IMG/VR virus record: IMGVR_UViG_3300027798_006580 | Origin: a virus | Reading direction: 5' to 3' (one strand) | DNA length: 64,000 nucleotides | Part shown: piece by piece, positions 49,764-58,423 of the stretch | How the letters are laid out: every line of letters starts with the position of its first letter | Numbering within the stretch: the stretch's first letter is position 1 | Program-made: the position numbers and the translations under genes | The notes under the pieces: model-generated | What the model was told of the DNA's origin: nothing | Databases searched by the model: none | Seen by the model: the letters and a program-made list of their open reading frames with translations, nothing else

Positions 49764-50132
49764 ATGAACGAAGATACTATTACTATTGATCTAAGCACTA
49801 TTGATTTAAGTGGTACTGAACCAATAGAATTTTCGTGGAACGAAAACAATATGAATGTTGCCATGCAAGCCAGTTCAATGTCAGGACCAAATACAGTTAC
49901 ATTAGGTAGCGGAGTTAATATTACAACCGCTAGTCTTGCTGCCAGCGGCAGTTATACCATTTCCTCACCATATGATGATATGGAACAGCGTTTAGCGAGA
50001 TTGGAAAAGATCATAGCCGAGGAAGATGAAGTTCGTAGAACTCATCCCGCTGTACAAATGGCCTATGATGAATATCGATTGTTATACATTTTGGCAAAGA
50101 AGAATGCTGGTGATTGCTTGACAGAAGACTAA
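49764..50132 (+). CDS. Hypothetical protein
   Basis: C-terminal HPAV..AY..Y motif. Confidence 0.6.
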   Translation: MNEDTITIDLSTIDLSGTEPIEFSWNENNMNVAMQASSMSGPNTVTLGSGVNITTASLAASGSYTISSPYDDMEQRLARLEKIIAEEDEVRRTHPAVQMAYDEYRLLYILAKKNAGDCLTED

Positions 50133-50162
50133 TGTTCTTGTATAATAAAAGATAAATAATAT

Positions 50163-50237
50163 TGTACAGCGCCAAGAGGGTTGTACAGTTAGGGCAATAG
50201 CCCAAAACGTTCTTGCTTATTAAAGGAGAAAATTATG
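50163..50237 (+). promoter_or_regulatory. ROSE-like RNA thermometer in the hsp20 leader
   Basis: Two hairpins then TTCTTGCT-TATTAA-AGGAGAA, with a bulged G opposite the SD. Confidence 0.75.
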
Positions 50238-50675
50238 AACGCATTAACACGATTTGACACAACAGCTTTGAATCAATTGAACAGAGCACTTATAGGATTT
50301 GACCGCTTGTTTACAGAACGAGCTTACACTACAAATCCAACTTACCCTCCATACAACGTAATTAAGAAAACTGAAAACGACTACGAAATTGAAGTAGCAG
50401 TTGCAGGTTTTACTCTTGATGAAATTGATGTAGAAGTCAATCAAAACCAACTTGTTATCCGTGGCCACAGCAAACATGAAGCTGACACCGATGTTGAATA
50501 CTTACATAGAGGTCTTGCTTACAGAGACTTTGAAAAAGTATTAACATTAGCAGAGCACATGCAAGTGGGCGAAGCTAGTATCAAGGATGGTGTTCTTAGA
50601 GTGGAAATAACTAGGATTATACCAGAGGCATTAAAACCTCGTAAAATCAACGTTATTAGCATCGACAAGAACTAA
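50235..50675 (+). CDS. Small heat-shock protein, Hsp20/IbpA-like
   Basis: YPPYNV, IE.AVAGF, YLHRG.A.R.F, DG.L, PE..KPRKI. Confidence 0.93.
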   Translation: MNALTRFDTTALNQLNRALIGFDRLFTERAYTTNPTYPPYNVIKKTENDYEIEVAVAGFTLDEIDVEVNQNQLVIRGHSKHEADTDVEYLHRGLAYRDFEKVLTLAEHMQVGEASIKDGVLRVEITRIIPEALKPRKINVISIDKN

Positions 50676-50730
50676 AGCGTAAGATGGGGGACATTTTGTC
50701 CCCCTGATAAATATCTATATAAGGAAAAAC

Positions 50731-51033
50731 ATGACTTTAATGGCAACAGAAACTTCTCAATCAACAAAAATTGTTATCACAAAACCAAATATGTATAAAG
50801 TGATTTTTAACAATGATAATGCAACTCCATCCGACTTTGTCAAAGAAGTTTTAAAAGCAATTTTCCATCATGACGATGCAAGGGCAGAAAGCATTACTAC
50901 AGAAATTCACGAACAAGGCAAAGGCATTGCCGGCGTTTATACTTTTGAAGTAGCTGAACAAAAGCATCAAGAAGCCACGTATGTAGCCCGTACAAACGGG
51001 CACCCGCTGAACATTAATTTAGAGTCAGAATAA
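50731..51033 (+). CDS. clpS: ClpS adaptor
   Basis: P.MYKVI..ND..TP.DFV, IH..G.G.AG.Y..EVAE.K, HPL. Confidence 0.9.
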   Translation: MTLMATETSQSTKIVITKPNMYKVIFNNDNATPSDFVKEVLKAIFHHDDARAESITTEIHEQGKGIAGVYTFEVAEQKHQEATYVARTNGHPLNINLESE

Positions 51034-51308
51034 TGGATCCCAAAACAAAAGAAGCATTGGACATTCTCCAAGAAGAATGTGCCGAGGTCATCCAAGCCGT
51101 GAGTAAAATTAGCCGCTTTGGATTAGATAACTTAAAACCCGGTAAACCTAAAACTAATAAAGAACACTTAGAAGAAGAACTGGGTGACTTATTGGCCATG
51201 GTAGATATCTTGCTAGAAAAAGGCATTGTTTCTAAAGTATCTTTAGATTCTGCTAATAAAGCTAAAATAGAAAAACTTAAAAAGTGGAGTAATATCTTTA
51301 CAGATTAG
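51033..51308 (+). CDS. MazG-like NTP pyrophosphohydrolase
   Basis: EECAEV.Q, LEEELGDL. Confidence 0.8.
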   Translation: MDPKTKEALDILQEECAEVIQAVSKISRFGLDNLKPGKPKTNKEHLEEELGDLLAMVDILLEKGIVSKVSLDSANKAKIEKLKKWSNIFTD

Positions 51309-51414
51309 GATATATTAGTATAAACGTTATTAGTGTTTATACTGAGTAAATGTTGCATTGCCGCATAAATAGTATTAGTAGAAACCATGAGTTTCTCATA
51401 CAAAAGGAAATGCA

Positions 51415-51579
51415 ATGACAGCAACAATAGCAAAACTAGTTGAGCGTCTGGCTGAAATGTTCCCAAAAGAGAACTATCAAAGTAAATTAGATGCTTATCT
51501 AAACAGTAAAAACATAAGAGACGTTAGTGAAGTAGAACACTGGACAAAAGAATTTGACCGTAAAGGAAATTATCTATGA
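51415..51579 (+). CDS. 54-aa small protein (not in ORF track)
   Basis: AAGGA RBS; MTATIAKLVERLAEMFP..LDAYL....D..EVEHW...FD. Confidence 0.6.
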   Translation: MTATIAKLVERLAEMFPKENYQSKLDAYLNSKNIRDVSEVEHWTKEFDRKGNYL

Positions 51580-51692
51580 AAAATATTTTAAACTCAATCT
51601 GGTCAGTACTAGAAGCATTTGGACAAGCCCGTGCTGCCGCAAGCCTAGCACGAATGGGCGACATTGAAGGCGCTAAGGCAGTATACAAGTGA
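51576..51692 (+). CDS. 38-aa small protein (not in ORF track)
   Basis: AAGGA RBS, ATGA-coupled; MKNILNSIWSVLEAFGQARAAASLARMG. Confidence 0.55.
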   Translation: MKNILNSIWSVLEAFGQARAAASLARMGDIEGAKAVYK

Positions 51693-51784
51693 TTACTACA
51701 TTACTAATGTTGATGCGCTGGCATCGAGATGGTTGGGAAGTACATCCCATCAATCTAGACGATGAATTTACTGGTTGGATTTGA
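51689..51784 (+). CDS. 31-aa small protein (not in ORF track)
   Basis: GTGA-coupled; MITTLLMLMRWHRDGWEVHPI. Confidence 0.4.
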   Translation: MITTLLMLMRWHRDGWEVHPINLDDEFTGWI

Positions 51785-51850
51785 AATATAGCAAAGTTTA
51801 ATTAGTTGATAACATTGGATATATAGTGCTATTCTACCCAAGGAGACTGC

Positions 51851-52276
51851 ATGCCTAAGAAGGACATTACCAGAACCAAATTATTTAAAATGGTTCAAAG
51901 TTTTGACGAACATGATGCTAAATTTAGACCTACAATTTCCGATTGCAGGGAAGCATTTAGAAACATTAATCGCAATGTCTTTAACGGCGAACTCAAAATG
52001 CCCAGTTTTAGATTAGTTTATACAAAAGCATTTTGGGGTGAATGCCAAGGTGTTTTGGAAGATCAAACTCAAGTTAAAATGAAAATTAATAAGAGTTTTC
52101 TAAGTAAACGATTATTCATTAATACCATGGCGCACGAAATGGTACATCAGTGGGAATGGCTAGTTAATGAGAATATGACACATGGCCCGCAATTCTTTTT
52201 GTGGCGTGATCAATTAGCCAACTATAATATCACATTAAGTCGATGTTATAGAATGAAACATTATAGATTAGATTAA
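51851..52276 (+). CDS. SprT-like Zn metalloprotease
   Basis: N...F.G.L, HEMVH, HG..F..W. Confidence 0.8.
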   Translation: MPKKDITRTKLFKMVQSFDEHDAKFRPTISDCREAFRNINRNVFNGELKMPSFRLVYTKAFWGECQGVLEDQTQVKMKINKSFLSKRLFINTMAHEMVHQWEWLVNENMTHGPQFFLWRDQLANYNITLSRCYRMKHYRLD

Positions 52277-52361
52277 TAATATTATCTAGATAATTAATGA
52301 TTATCTATATTATCAAATTTAATTGACATAAATTAATTTCTCTGTTATAATAATACATCAA

Positions 52362-52439
52362 GCAACGGTGGCAGAGCGGCCCAATGCAACGGATTGCAAA
52401 TCCGTAAAACCGGGGGTTCAAATCCCTCCCGTTGTTCCA
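52362..52439 (+). tRNA. tRNA-Cys(GCA)
   Basis: Acceptor GCAACGG/CCGTTGT, U73 and encoded CCA; anticodon arm ACGGA-TTGCAAA-TCCGT; TTCAAAT T-loop; TTGACA/TATAAT promoter at 52323-52351. Confidence 0.92.
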
Positions 52440-52482
52440 ATTTTAAATTGGCACAAATTGGTTTCTGTGTTATAATTAATAC

Positions 52483-52797
52483 ATGATGAAACGCAAAACA
52501 CGTACAGACAGAAACCATGCAGTATATGTTATCACTAACACTGTGACAGCAGAACAGTATGTTGGTGTTACAGTTTGCAGTGGTAACGTTAAAAAAGCAC
52601 TTAAAGTTCGTATGCAAAAACACGTTCGTCGTGCGCTGACAGAGAACAAAGATTGGGCACTATGCAAGAGCATTCGTGCTCATGGCGTAGATGCTTTTAC
52701 ATATGGTTTGTTAGAGACACTTCGCGGCAAGGCACCGGCTCATGTACGCGAACGTGAATTGACCAAGATCCACAATCCAGTTCTTAACACGCTCTAA
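52483..52797 (+). CDS. GIY-YIG nuclease-like protein
   Basis: VY.ITN.....YVG.T, R...H, G...F, E......P.LN. Confidence 0.75.
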   Translation: MMKRKTRTDRNHAVYVITNTVTAEQYVGVTVCSGNVKKALKVRMQKHVRRALTENKDWALCKSIRAHGVDAFTYGLLETLRGKAPAHVRERELTKIHNPVLNTL

Positions 52798-52798
52798 A

Positions 52799-54190
52799 TT
52801 AAGGCGGGCCGTGTCTTGCTAGATAATTAAGAGGTTGCTCTAACATTATATCAGGGCAATGTCTTGCCAAGATGTCATGTACTTCTGGCAAGACCTTTCG
52901 CCAGTTGGTGCCCCTGATTTTATCTAGTTTGTCCATCACTGTTACAAATTCTTGATATTTTGTTGAATTTTCTTGGTCTATATATTTTTCTAAGAATTTA
53001 ATAATTGCTTTATACCACTTAGTGCGATTTTCGGTATGATGCATTAAACTTTTATAATGTTCGATAATTTCTTCTTTGGCCGGCCTTGGCAGAGATCGCA
53101 AATCTAACCAAGGCGGACCTTCTAAAAATCTAAATTCTGCAGGGACGTCCAGTTCTTCGGCAACTTCGACTATTCGTTCTATAGAATATATAGACGCGAT
53201 TCCTATGCAACATGAGAGATAATGTATATTCAGGCCATTTTCTTTAATAGTTTTTATATTTTTAACAATATTATTATAATTTCCCGGAAAACGAATAAGA
53301 TTGTATCGTTCTTCGATGTCGTCGAGACTAACACAAAAGTCAATTTTCTTAAAATGTTTAAATTTTTCAATAATTTTATTATTGATCACCGTTAAATTTG
53401 TATCGTAACGGAGTGTGATATTTTTTGCAAATCCTCTGTCTATTAGTATAGTCAGTATTTTATTCATAGCAGGAGAAATCAACGGCTCGCCACCGGAAAA
53501 ATAAATGTATCTCAAGTCGGGTGCAATCTTATCAAAACGTTCCCACCAAATATCACTTTCCCACCATTTCGAATAATCTAAAATCTCTCGACCTTTGGTA
53601 TCTGTGGTCATCCTATAATCTTTGTCACCCCACTCAGTGCCCGCTGGCGTAACTGGGACATCGCCCCAAAGTTTACTCCAATCTTCATACCAAAGACTGC
53701 TGTATTCGGGACTGCACATTATACATTTTTGATTGCATAAATTGCTCAATCGAAGACCTAAATTTACAACCTTGGCAGTCGAAGTACCATCTGGCAATGT
53801 ATATTGATCGGCCTGATTCCAACGGACATATTCTGGAATTATTTGAGTCATGTGCCTATTGACTCGTTGTCTTTTACTCTTGCCCCATTTTTTAACATCT
53901 TCGTTGTCCCATTCATTAAGGCCTTTAGTGCTATGCTCCGAGTCATAACAATTACGGCATCTTTTTACTTGAATATTTTCTTTAAGGTGTAATCGATGAT
54001 TTTTATGAGTTACACTATTAATAGCCTCTTCTATCGAATGGGTCATGACATTCATTACATTGCCATTCTCATCATGCGCCATTCCATAATCTTTATTATA
54101 ATTTGCTAGGCAACATATTTTATAGTCACCGAGTGTATTGATTTCTATTTGGCTCCACAACTCGCCACAAAAACTTTCTAAATTAAACAT
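52799..54190 (-). CDS. Radical SAM protein with an N-terminal twitch/SPASM-like domain
   Basis: N-terminal C...G...CC...CRNCY..E; CNQKCIMC; FSGGEP; Y.TN. Confidence 0.85.
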   Translation of the reverse strand: MFNLESFCGELWSQIEINTLGDYKICCLANYNKDYGMAHDENGNVMNVMTHSIEEAINSVTHKNHRLHLKENIQVKRCRNCYDSEHSTKGLNEWDNEDVKKWGKSKRQRVNRHMTQIIPEYVRWNQADQYTLPDGTSTAKVVNLGLRLSNLCNQKCIMCSPEYSSLWYEDWSKLWGDVPVTPAGTEWGDKDYRMTTDTKGREILDYSKWWESDIWWERFDKIAPDLRYIYFSGGEPLISPAMNKILTILIDRGFAKNITLRYDTNLTVINNKIIEKFKHFKKIDFCVSLDDIEERYNLIRFPGNYNNIVKNIKTIKENGLNIHYLSCCIGIASIYSIERIVEVAEELDVPAEFRFLEGPPWLDLRSLPRPAKEEIIEHYKSLMHHTENRTKWYKAIIKFLEKYIDQENSTKYQEFVTVMDKLDKIRGTNWRKVLPEVHDILARHCPDIMLEQPLNYLARHGPP

Positions 54191-54292
54191 AGCAATATTT
54201 ATTCTATAATTCCGGAAATACAGACTTATAAATTAAATTGACATAAATTTAAATTGACTGTATAATACATTATCGTAACTAGGAGAATTTAC

Positions 54293-54466
54293 ATGGCAGG
54301 CAAAGCAAAATCAATCTATCTCACAATACTACCTAAAGGTCAGCATATGAGCGTTTTTAAGAAAGTATTCTTTGAAGCCAAGTCTTACAATGAATACATC
54401 AAGTCAGAAGAGTTCAAAGCCAAGTGGCCCAGTGATCAATTTGACATTGTTAAAGAAACCTATTAA
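54293..54466 (+). CDS. 57-aa early protein (not in ORF track)
   Basis: AGGAG RBS; MAGKAKSIYL..KETY; bracketed by promoter repeats. Confidence 0.7.
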   Translation: MAGKAKSIYLTILPKGQHMSVFKKVFFEAKSYNEYIKSEEFKAKWPSDQFDIVKETY

Positions 54467-54525
54467 TTGACACAAATTAGTTTTGATGTTATAATACAAT
54501 ACATAGTTTAACAAAACAGGAGTTT
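54464..54525 (+). repeat. Early promoter/RBS repeat
   Basis: TAATTGACACAAATT..TATAATACAATACATAG..AACAAAACAGGAGTTT. Confidence 0.85.
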
Positions 54526-54528
54526 GAA

Positions 54529-54990
54529 ATGGGAACACGTAGTCGTATAGGTGTTATGCATGGCAGTGTCTGCAAGTCAGTTTACTGTCATTGGGATGGC
54601 TATTTGGAACATAATGGTGCCATACTGCAAGAACATTATGACAGCGCCAAGGCTAATAACTTGGTAGCACTGGGTGACTTGTCTAGCCTGAAGCCCGAGA
54701 TTGGTGAGAAGCATGCCTTTAGCCAGTTTGAACTACGGGCTGAAGAAGTCGCAGGCTACAAACTGTTGACTGAGAACATGTGTACCTTTTACGGTCGTGA
54801 CCGTGGCGAAGAAGGCGTAGAGTTTAAGTCAGACATGACCTTTGCAAACTTCCTGGATCGTGTAGAAAACTGTGGTGCAGAGTATTACTATATCATGCAG
54901 GATGGTGTATGGTATACAGGTTGCCCCGGCAAAGGTTCTAAGTTAGTGCCTTTGGCAGAAGCACTTGCCGCAGTCAAGGAAACAGCATAA
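54529..54990 (+). CDS. Phage early hypothetical protein
   Basis: MGTRSRIG...YCHWDGY...EYYY. Confidence 0.75.
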   Translation: MGTRSRIGVMHGSVCKSVYCHWDGYLEHNGAILQEHYDSAKANNLVALGDLSSLKPEIGEKHAFSQFELRAEEVAGYKLLTENMCTFYGRDRGEEGVEFKSDMTFANFLDRVENCGAEYYYIMQDGVWYTGCPGKGSKLVPLAEALAAVKETA

Positions 54991-55097
54991 TGTTTATCTT
55001 ACTGGGAATGTGCGTTGGAGTTTGTTTAGGTATAGCGATACATCTTTATTATAAGAACAAAGAATAACTAATGTAGAAGTTGCGTAAAGGATTTAAA

Positions 55098-55418
55098 ATG
55101 GAATATCAACGACGTTATGATGACCAAGGTTTAGTTGCAGTATTGATCTCCTCTGGCTTTGGTGCCGGTTGGAGCACTTGGGCTCACGAAGGTGAACGAG
55201 AAGGCTTGTTGTTTGACAGCCGACTGGTTGATTATGTATTGCAGACCGGCACAGAAGGTTTGGCAGACTATGCCGAGTCCTTGGGTTATACAAGCTACAC
55301 CGGTGGCGCCCAAGAAGTTCGAGTAGAATGGTTGGAACAAGGCACACGCTTCTATGTAGAAGAATATGACGGCAGCGAAAGCATCCGTACATTCGACCAC
55401 TTGAGTCACGTGGCATAA
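55098..55418 (+). CDS. Phage hypothetical protein
   Basis: VAVL.S.GFGAGWSTW...EYDG.E. Confidence 0.75.
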   Translation: MEYQRRYDDQGLVAVLISSGFGAGWSTWAHEGEREGLLFDSRLVDYVLQTGTEGLADYAESLGYTSYTGGAQEVRVEWLEQGTRFYVEEYDGSESIRTFDHLSHVA

Positions 55419-55427
55419 GGAAATAAA

Positions 55428-55805
55428 ATGGCAGGATATCAATCAGTATTGGCGCTTCGCCGCCTTGAAGAGGAAATCGATGCACTTGGTTTCATACTCT
55501 GCGATCCTAAAACGGGATGGGGCGGCGATGACTTTAATAACTTAGTGGGCATTAGACCCAAAACCATTGATGCCCTGCCAATTTATGCCCGTGACGCAGA
55601 AATCTTTAGAGGCACACTAGAAGAACTTCGAGTATGGGTTCGTGGCGTTCATTGGGCTCGAGAGTATGACCGTATGCTCAAAGTCAGTGATGACAAAACA
55701 CGAGCAAAGAAAGAAGATGCTGAACGTGCTCGCCAGTTTAGTACTAAACAAAAACAGTTGCTTGAAGAACTTAAAAAGGATCACACCGATGACCAAACAA
55801 AATAG
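55428..55805 (+). CDS. Hypothetical protein
   Basis: AAGGA RBS, 125 aa. Confidence 0.65.
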   Translation: MAGYQSVLALRRLEEEIDALGFILCDPKTGWGGDDFNNLVGIRPKTIDALPIYARDAEIFRGTLEELRVWVRGVHWAREYDRMLKVSDDKTRAKKEDAERARQFSTKQKQLLEELKKDHTDDQTK

Positions 55806-56124
55806 ATTTCTTGCCATGTGGGACTGCAACGGGCTCGAGTGTTTGTTTGACATCACAGATTTGGAAGGCGATAACTTTATGGCAACGCTGAAAGGACAAC
55901 CACATAAAACTCCTTTTAACATCGGAATGATGATGATACGGGCACGAGCAAATAGTCAACGTAGTTATGAAATTTATGCATTTAGCACAGATGAAACCAT
56001 GGACTATGATTTTGTCAAAGATATGTTTGAATCCGATCCACAGGTCATTGTTAATTCTATTCGTGAGAATGGTAGAGAACTTTACAGTGATTATAAACCA
56101 AATACCAAAAAGGTCATTGCTTGA
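55789..56124 (+). CDS. Hypothetical protein
   Basis: MWDC.GLE..F motif; AAGGA RBS. Confidence 0.65.
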   Translation: MTKQNRFLAMWDCNGLECLFDITDLEGDNFMATLKGQPHKTPFNIGMMMIRARANSQRSYEIYAFSTDETMDYDFVKDMFESDPQVIVNSIRENGRELYSDYKPNTKKVIA

Positions 56125-56169
56125 CTTTACTTGTAAAAGAGTATAATATATGCAAAGCAATAGCAAAAT

Positions 56170-56379
56170 ATGAATAAAAAACTTAGACAATTTGAAAAAC
56201 AAAGTGGTCTTGATATCTACGGACTTGGTGCTAGAAGAGAAATCTGGGACAAGGCCATGGAAAAATACGCCAAGTTGATTATACAAGACTGTATTGAAAT
56301 CAACAAGCAAGAACTTTCATTTACAGCGTTTGAGCGATTGATGAACAAGTATCAAGAAAACTTCGGAGTCGAAGAATGA
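56170..56379 (+). CDS. Small protein, KFA.LIV.EC family
   Basis: EKYAKLIIQDC...FGVEE. Confidence 0.65.
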   Translation: MNKKLRQFEKQSGLDIYGLGARREIWDKAMEKYAKLIIQDCIEINKQELSFTAFERLMNKYQENFGVEE

Positions 56380-56579
56380 ACGAACAATTAATTGGTGATT
56401 TATTTGCAGGAGCAATGCGCCAAATGACTGGCAGCACCAGCAGAGAGTTTAGTCAAAAGTTCGCCGAGTTGATTGTGCGGGAATGTGCTAATATTGATTT
56501 TAGACGCGAGGTTGGATTAACTGCTGATGATGATTACGAAATCAGCAAGGTTATAAAAGTACATTTCGGAGTTGAATAA
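56376..56579 (+). CDS. Small protein, KFA.LIV.EC family
   Basis: QKFAELIVREC...HFGVE. Confidence 0.65.
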   Translation: MNEQLIGDLFAGAMRQMTGSTSREFSQKFAELIVRECANIDFRREVGLTADDDYEISKVIKVHFGVE

Positions 56580-56821
56580 TGGACATAGATAAATCAGCGG
56601 CGTTCTTAGCAGGCAGTGTATTAATTATGCTTGGGTTTGTTATAATTGTTGCAGGCTGTGCAGTAATCAACAACATCATACACAAATACTGGAAACCTGT
56701 TAAAATATTTACAGCAGACAGTTGGCAACCTTTTGGGGGAACATCGCTTCCACGTTATGCAACGGAGGAAGAACTTGCAAAGATTGCACCTCGCCTTAAC
56801 GAAGAGAAGAATAAATCATGA
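56579..56821 (+). CDS. Single-TM membrane protein
   Basis: N-terminal hydrophobic helix. Confidence 0.6.
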   Translation: MDIDKSAAFLAGSVLIMLGFVIIVAGCAVINNIIHKYWKPVKIFTADSWQPFGGTSLPRYATEEELAKIAPRLNEEKNKS

Positions 56822-57054
56822 GTGCTACACCGGCCGGCAACGGCCCGGGTATAACAGGTTTCATTGAAATCTTTGAGGGTAGGCTTAACAAAATGAAGCT
56901 ACACCTTAAAGAAGAATTGGGCAAGGCCAAACATGATAGAGACCGTAAGAAAATTAAAAGTCAGTTATCCGATGCACGTAAACTAAACCGGACACTAAAA
57001 GAAATGCGTAATGCTAATACTAAACTGTGTCCGCATTGTGGAGAGAAACTATGA
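56818..57054 (+). CDS. Coiled-coil protein with CPHCG Zn-ribbon half-site
   Basis: C-terminal CPHCGEKL. Confidence 0.6.
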   Translation: MSATPAGNGPGITGFIEIFEGRLNKMKLHLKEELGKAKHDRDRKKIKSQLSDARKLNRTLKEMRNANTKLCPHCGEKL

Positions 57055-57302
57055 TAATTAAAGACCTTATTGCTAAACTGGAAGAACTACGTGAAAAAGA
57101 AATGCATTACTTCGACGTGATGGGAGAGCCATCCATTGAACTCGATGTATTCAAATGTGTAGATGAAGAAGAAAAACTTTATCAATATGCCGGTCTACAC
57201 ACAGGTGAAATTATATTTGACCGCAGTAGTGATGGAGTATATAATATCATTACTTCATTCGCTGAAGTATATAACAAGGAAAAAAATGAACTCACGAATT
57301 AA
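57051..57302 (+). CDS. Hypothetical protein
   Basis: ATGA-coupled ORF. Confidence 0.55.
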   Translation: MIIKDLIAKLEELREKEMHYFDVMGEPSIELDVFKCVDEEEKLYQYAGLHTGEIIFDRSSDGVYNIITSFAEVYNKEKNELTN

Positions 57303-57483
57303 ACAACTTGCTGAACAAGCTACCACCTATATTGACCCATCAGCCAATGATGGGGCGTGTTGGGACTTTGATAAAGAAAAGTTCGCCCAATTGATTGTAC
57401 AAGAATGTGCCGAGATTGCCGATACTGCGGAACCATTCCTTGCCTCGGATTTGATTAAACAACATTTTGGAGTCAAATTATGA
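57286..57483 (+). CDS. Small protein, KFA.LIV.EC family
   Basis: MNSRIKQLAEQA..EKFAQLIVQEC..HFGV. Confidence 0.65.
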   Translation: MNSRIKQLAEQATTYIDPSANDGACWDFDKEKFAQLIVQECAEIADTAEPFLASDLIKQHFGVKL

Positions 57484-57953
57484 AAAAAATATTCTATGAA
57501 AAAGTCGGTCGAAGATATAAACCTGTGGCAGAATACGACAATGACTATCTTGACAGTTTTCCTAAAGGTGCCCATTTAGTCTTGGTTAACCCTGGTATCA
57601 GTAGTCGTAGGTTTCGCATTGATCCAGCTCTTGCTCCAATGATTGCCGCGGGACATTATGCCGAAGATGCTATCTGTGATGCACTTCGCAGAGCCAGCGA
57701 AATGAAACCGCAACGCACACCTATTACTACAGGTCAACTCAAGGCTTGGAAAAAACTAGCCAAAGAGTTTGGTGATGAATTATGTCCATTGATGCAGGCC
57801 AGTGCCAGAGATTTAGCAGAAGCTGGAGTCAATGCCATGCAGGTAGAAGCAGATAAACTCATGCAAAATGCCGCAGTAAAAGAAGCCTATGATCATTTTA
57901 TGTTCTTGGCCAAGTTGACCTACGATGAAAATCAAAACAAAGCCCAACGGTAA
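57480..57953 (+). CDS. Hypothetical protein
   Basis: YEKVGRRYKPV motif, 157 aa. Confidence 0.65.
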   Translation: MKKIFYEKVGRRYKPVAEYDNDYLDSFPKGAHLVLVNPGISSRRFRIDPALAPMIAAGHYAEDAICDALRRASEMKPQRTPITTGQLKAWKKLAKEFGDELCPLMQASARDLAEAGVNAMQVEADKLMQNAAVKEAYDHFMFLAKLTYDENQNKAQR

Positions 57954-58137
57954 ATGTATTTTAGAGTTTGAAGAATTCTACAGCATCCACTTAACTGAAA
58001 CAGTGGATGCTGTCGTTGCCTTGGCCAAAGAACATCAATCAAGACGCACTGCATACAACATGTGGGAATTCAAAGATCAAAAAACAGCAGAAGAATTTAT
58101 ATTTTTATATAGACTGACACATGAAAATAAAAATTAA
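57925..58137 (+). CDS. Small protein, F-x-L-x-W/Y family
   Basis: WEFKDQKTAEEFIFLYRL. Confidence 0.55.
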   Translation: MKIKTKPNGKCILEFEEFYSIHLTETVDAVVALAKEHQSRRTAYNMWEFKDQKTAEEFIFLYRLTHENKN

Positions 58138-58423
58138 GCGCACGGACAAGCGGCACACTGCTCACAACAGATTTAAATACTACGTTGAAGTCAAGTATGA
58201 TGGCCGGCCGCAAAGAATTGATGTACACGAAAAGTTTTTTGAATTGAGACTATGGTGCTGGGAAACTTGGGGACCCAGTCGAGAAGTTGATCAATATAGT
58301 TTAGATTATAAAGATACACCTGACAAAAATAACCATTGGTCTTGGATCAATGACCAATATCGAGCAAGACTGTACTTAGCTGAACCAGAAGATGCTGCCT
58401 TTTTTACATTAAAATGGTCATGA
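58121..58423 (+). CDS. Small protein, F-x-L-K-W family
   Basis: LYLAEPEDAAFFTLKWS. Confidence 0.65.
   Translation: MKIKIKRTDKRHTAHNRFKYYVEVKYDGRPQRIDVHEKFFELRLWCWETWGPSREVDQYSLDYKDTPDKNNHWSWINDQYRARLYLAEPEDAAFFTLKWS

Noticed and set aside
52345-52673. Minus-strand ORFs of 92 and 65 aa
   Set aside because: Antisense to tRNA-Cys and the GIY-YIG gene
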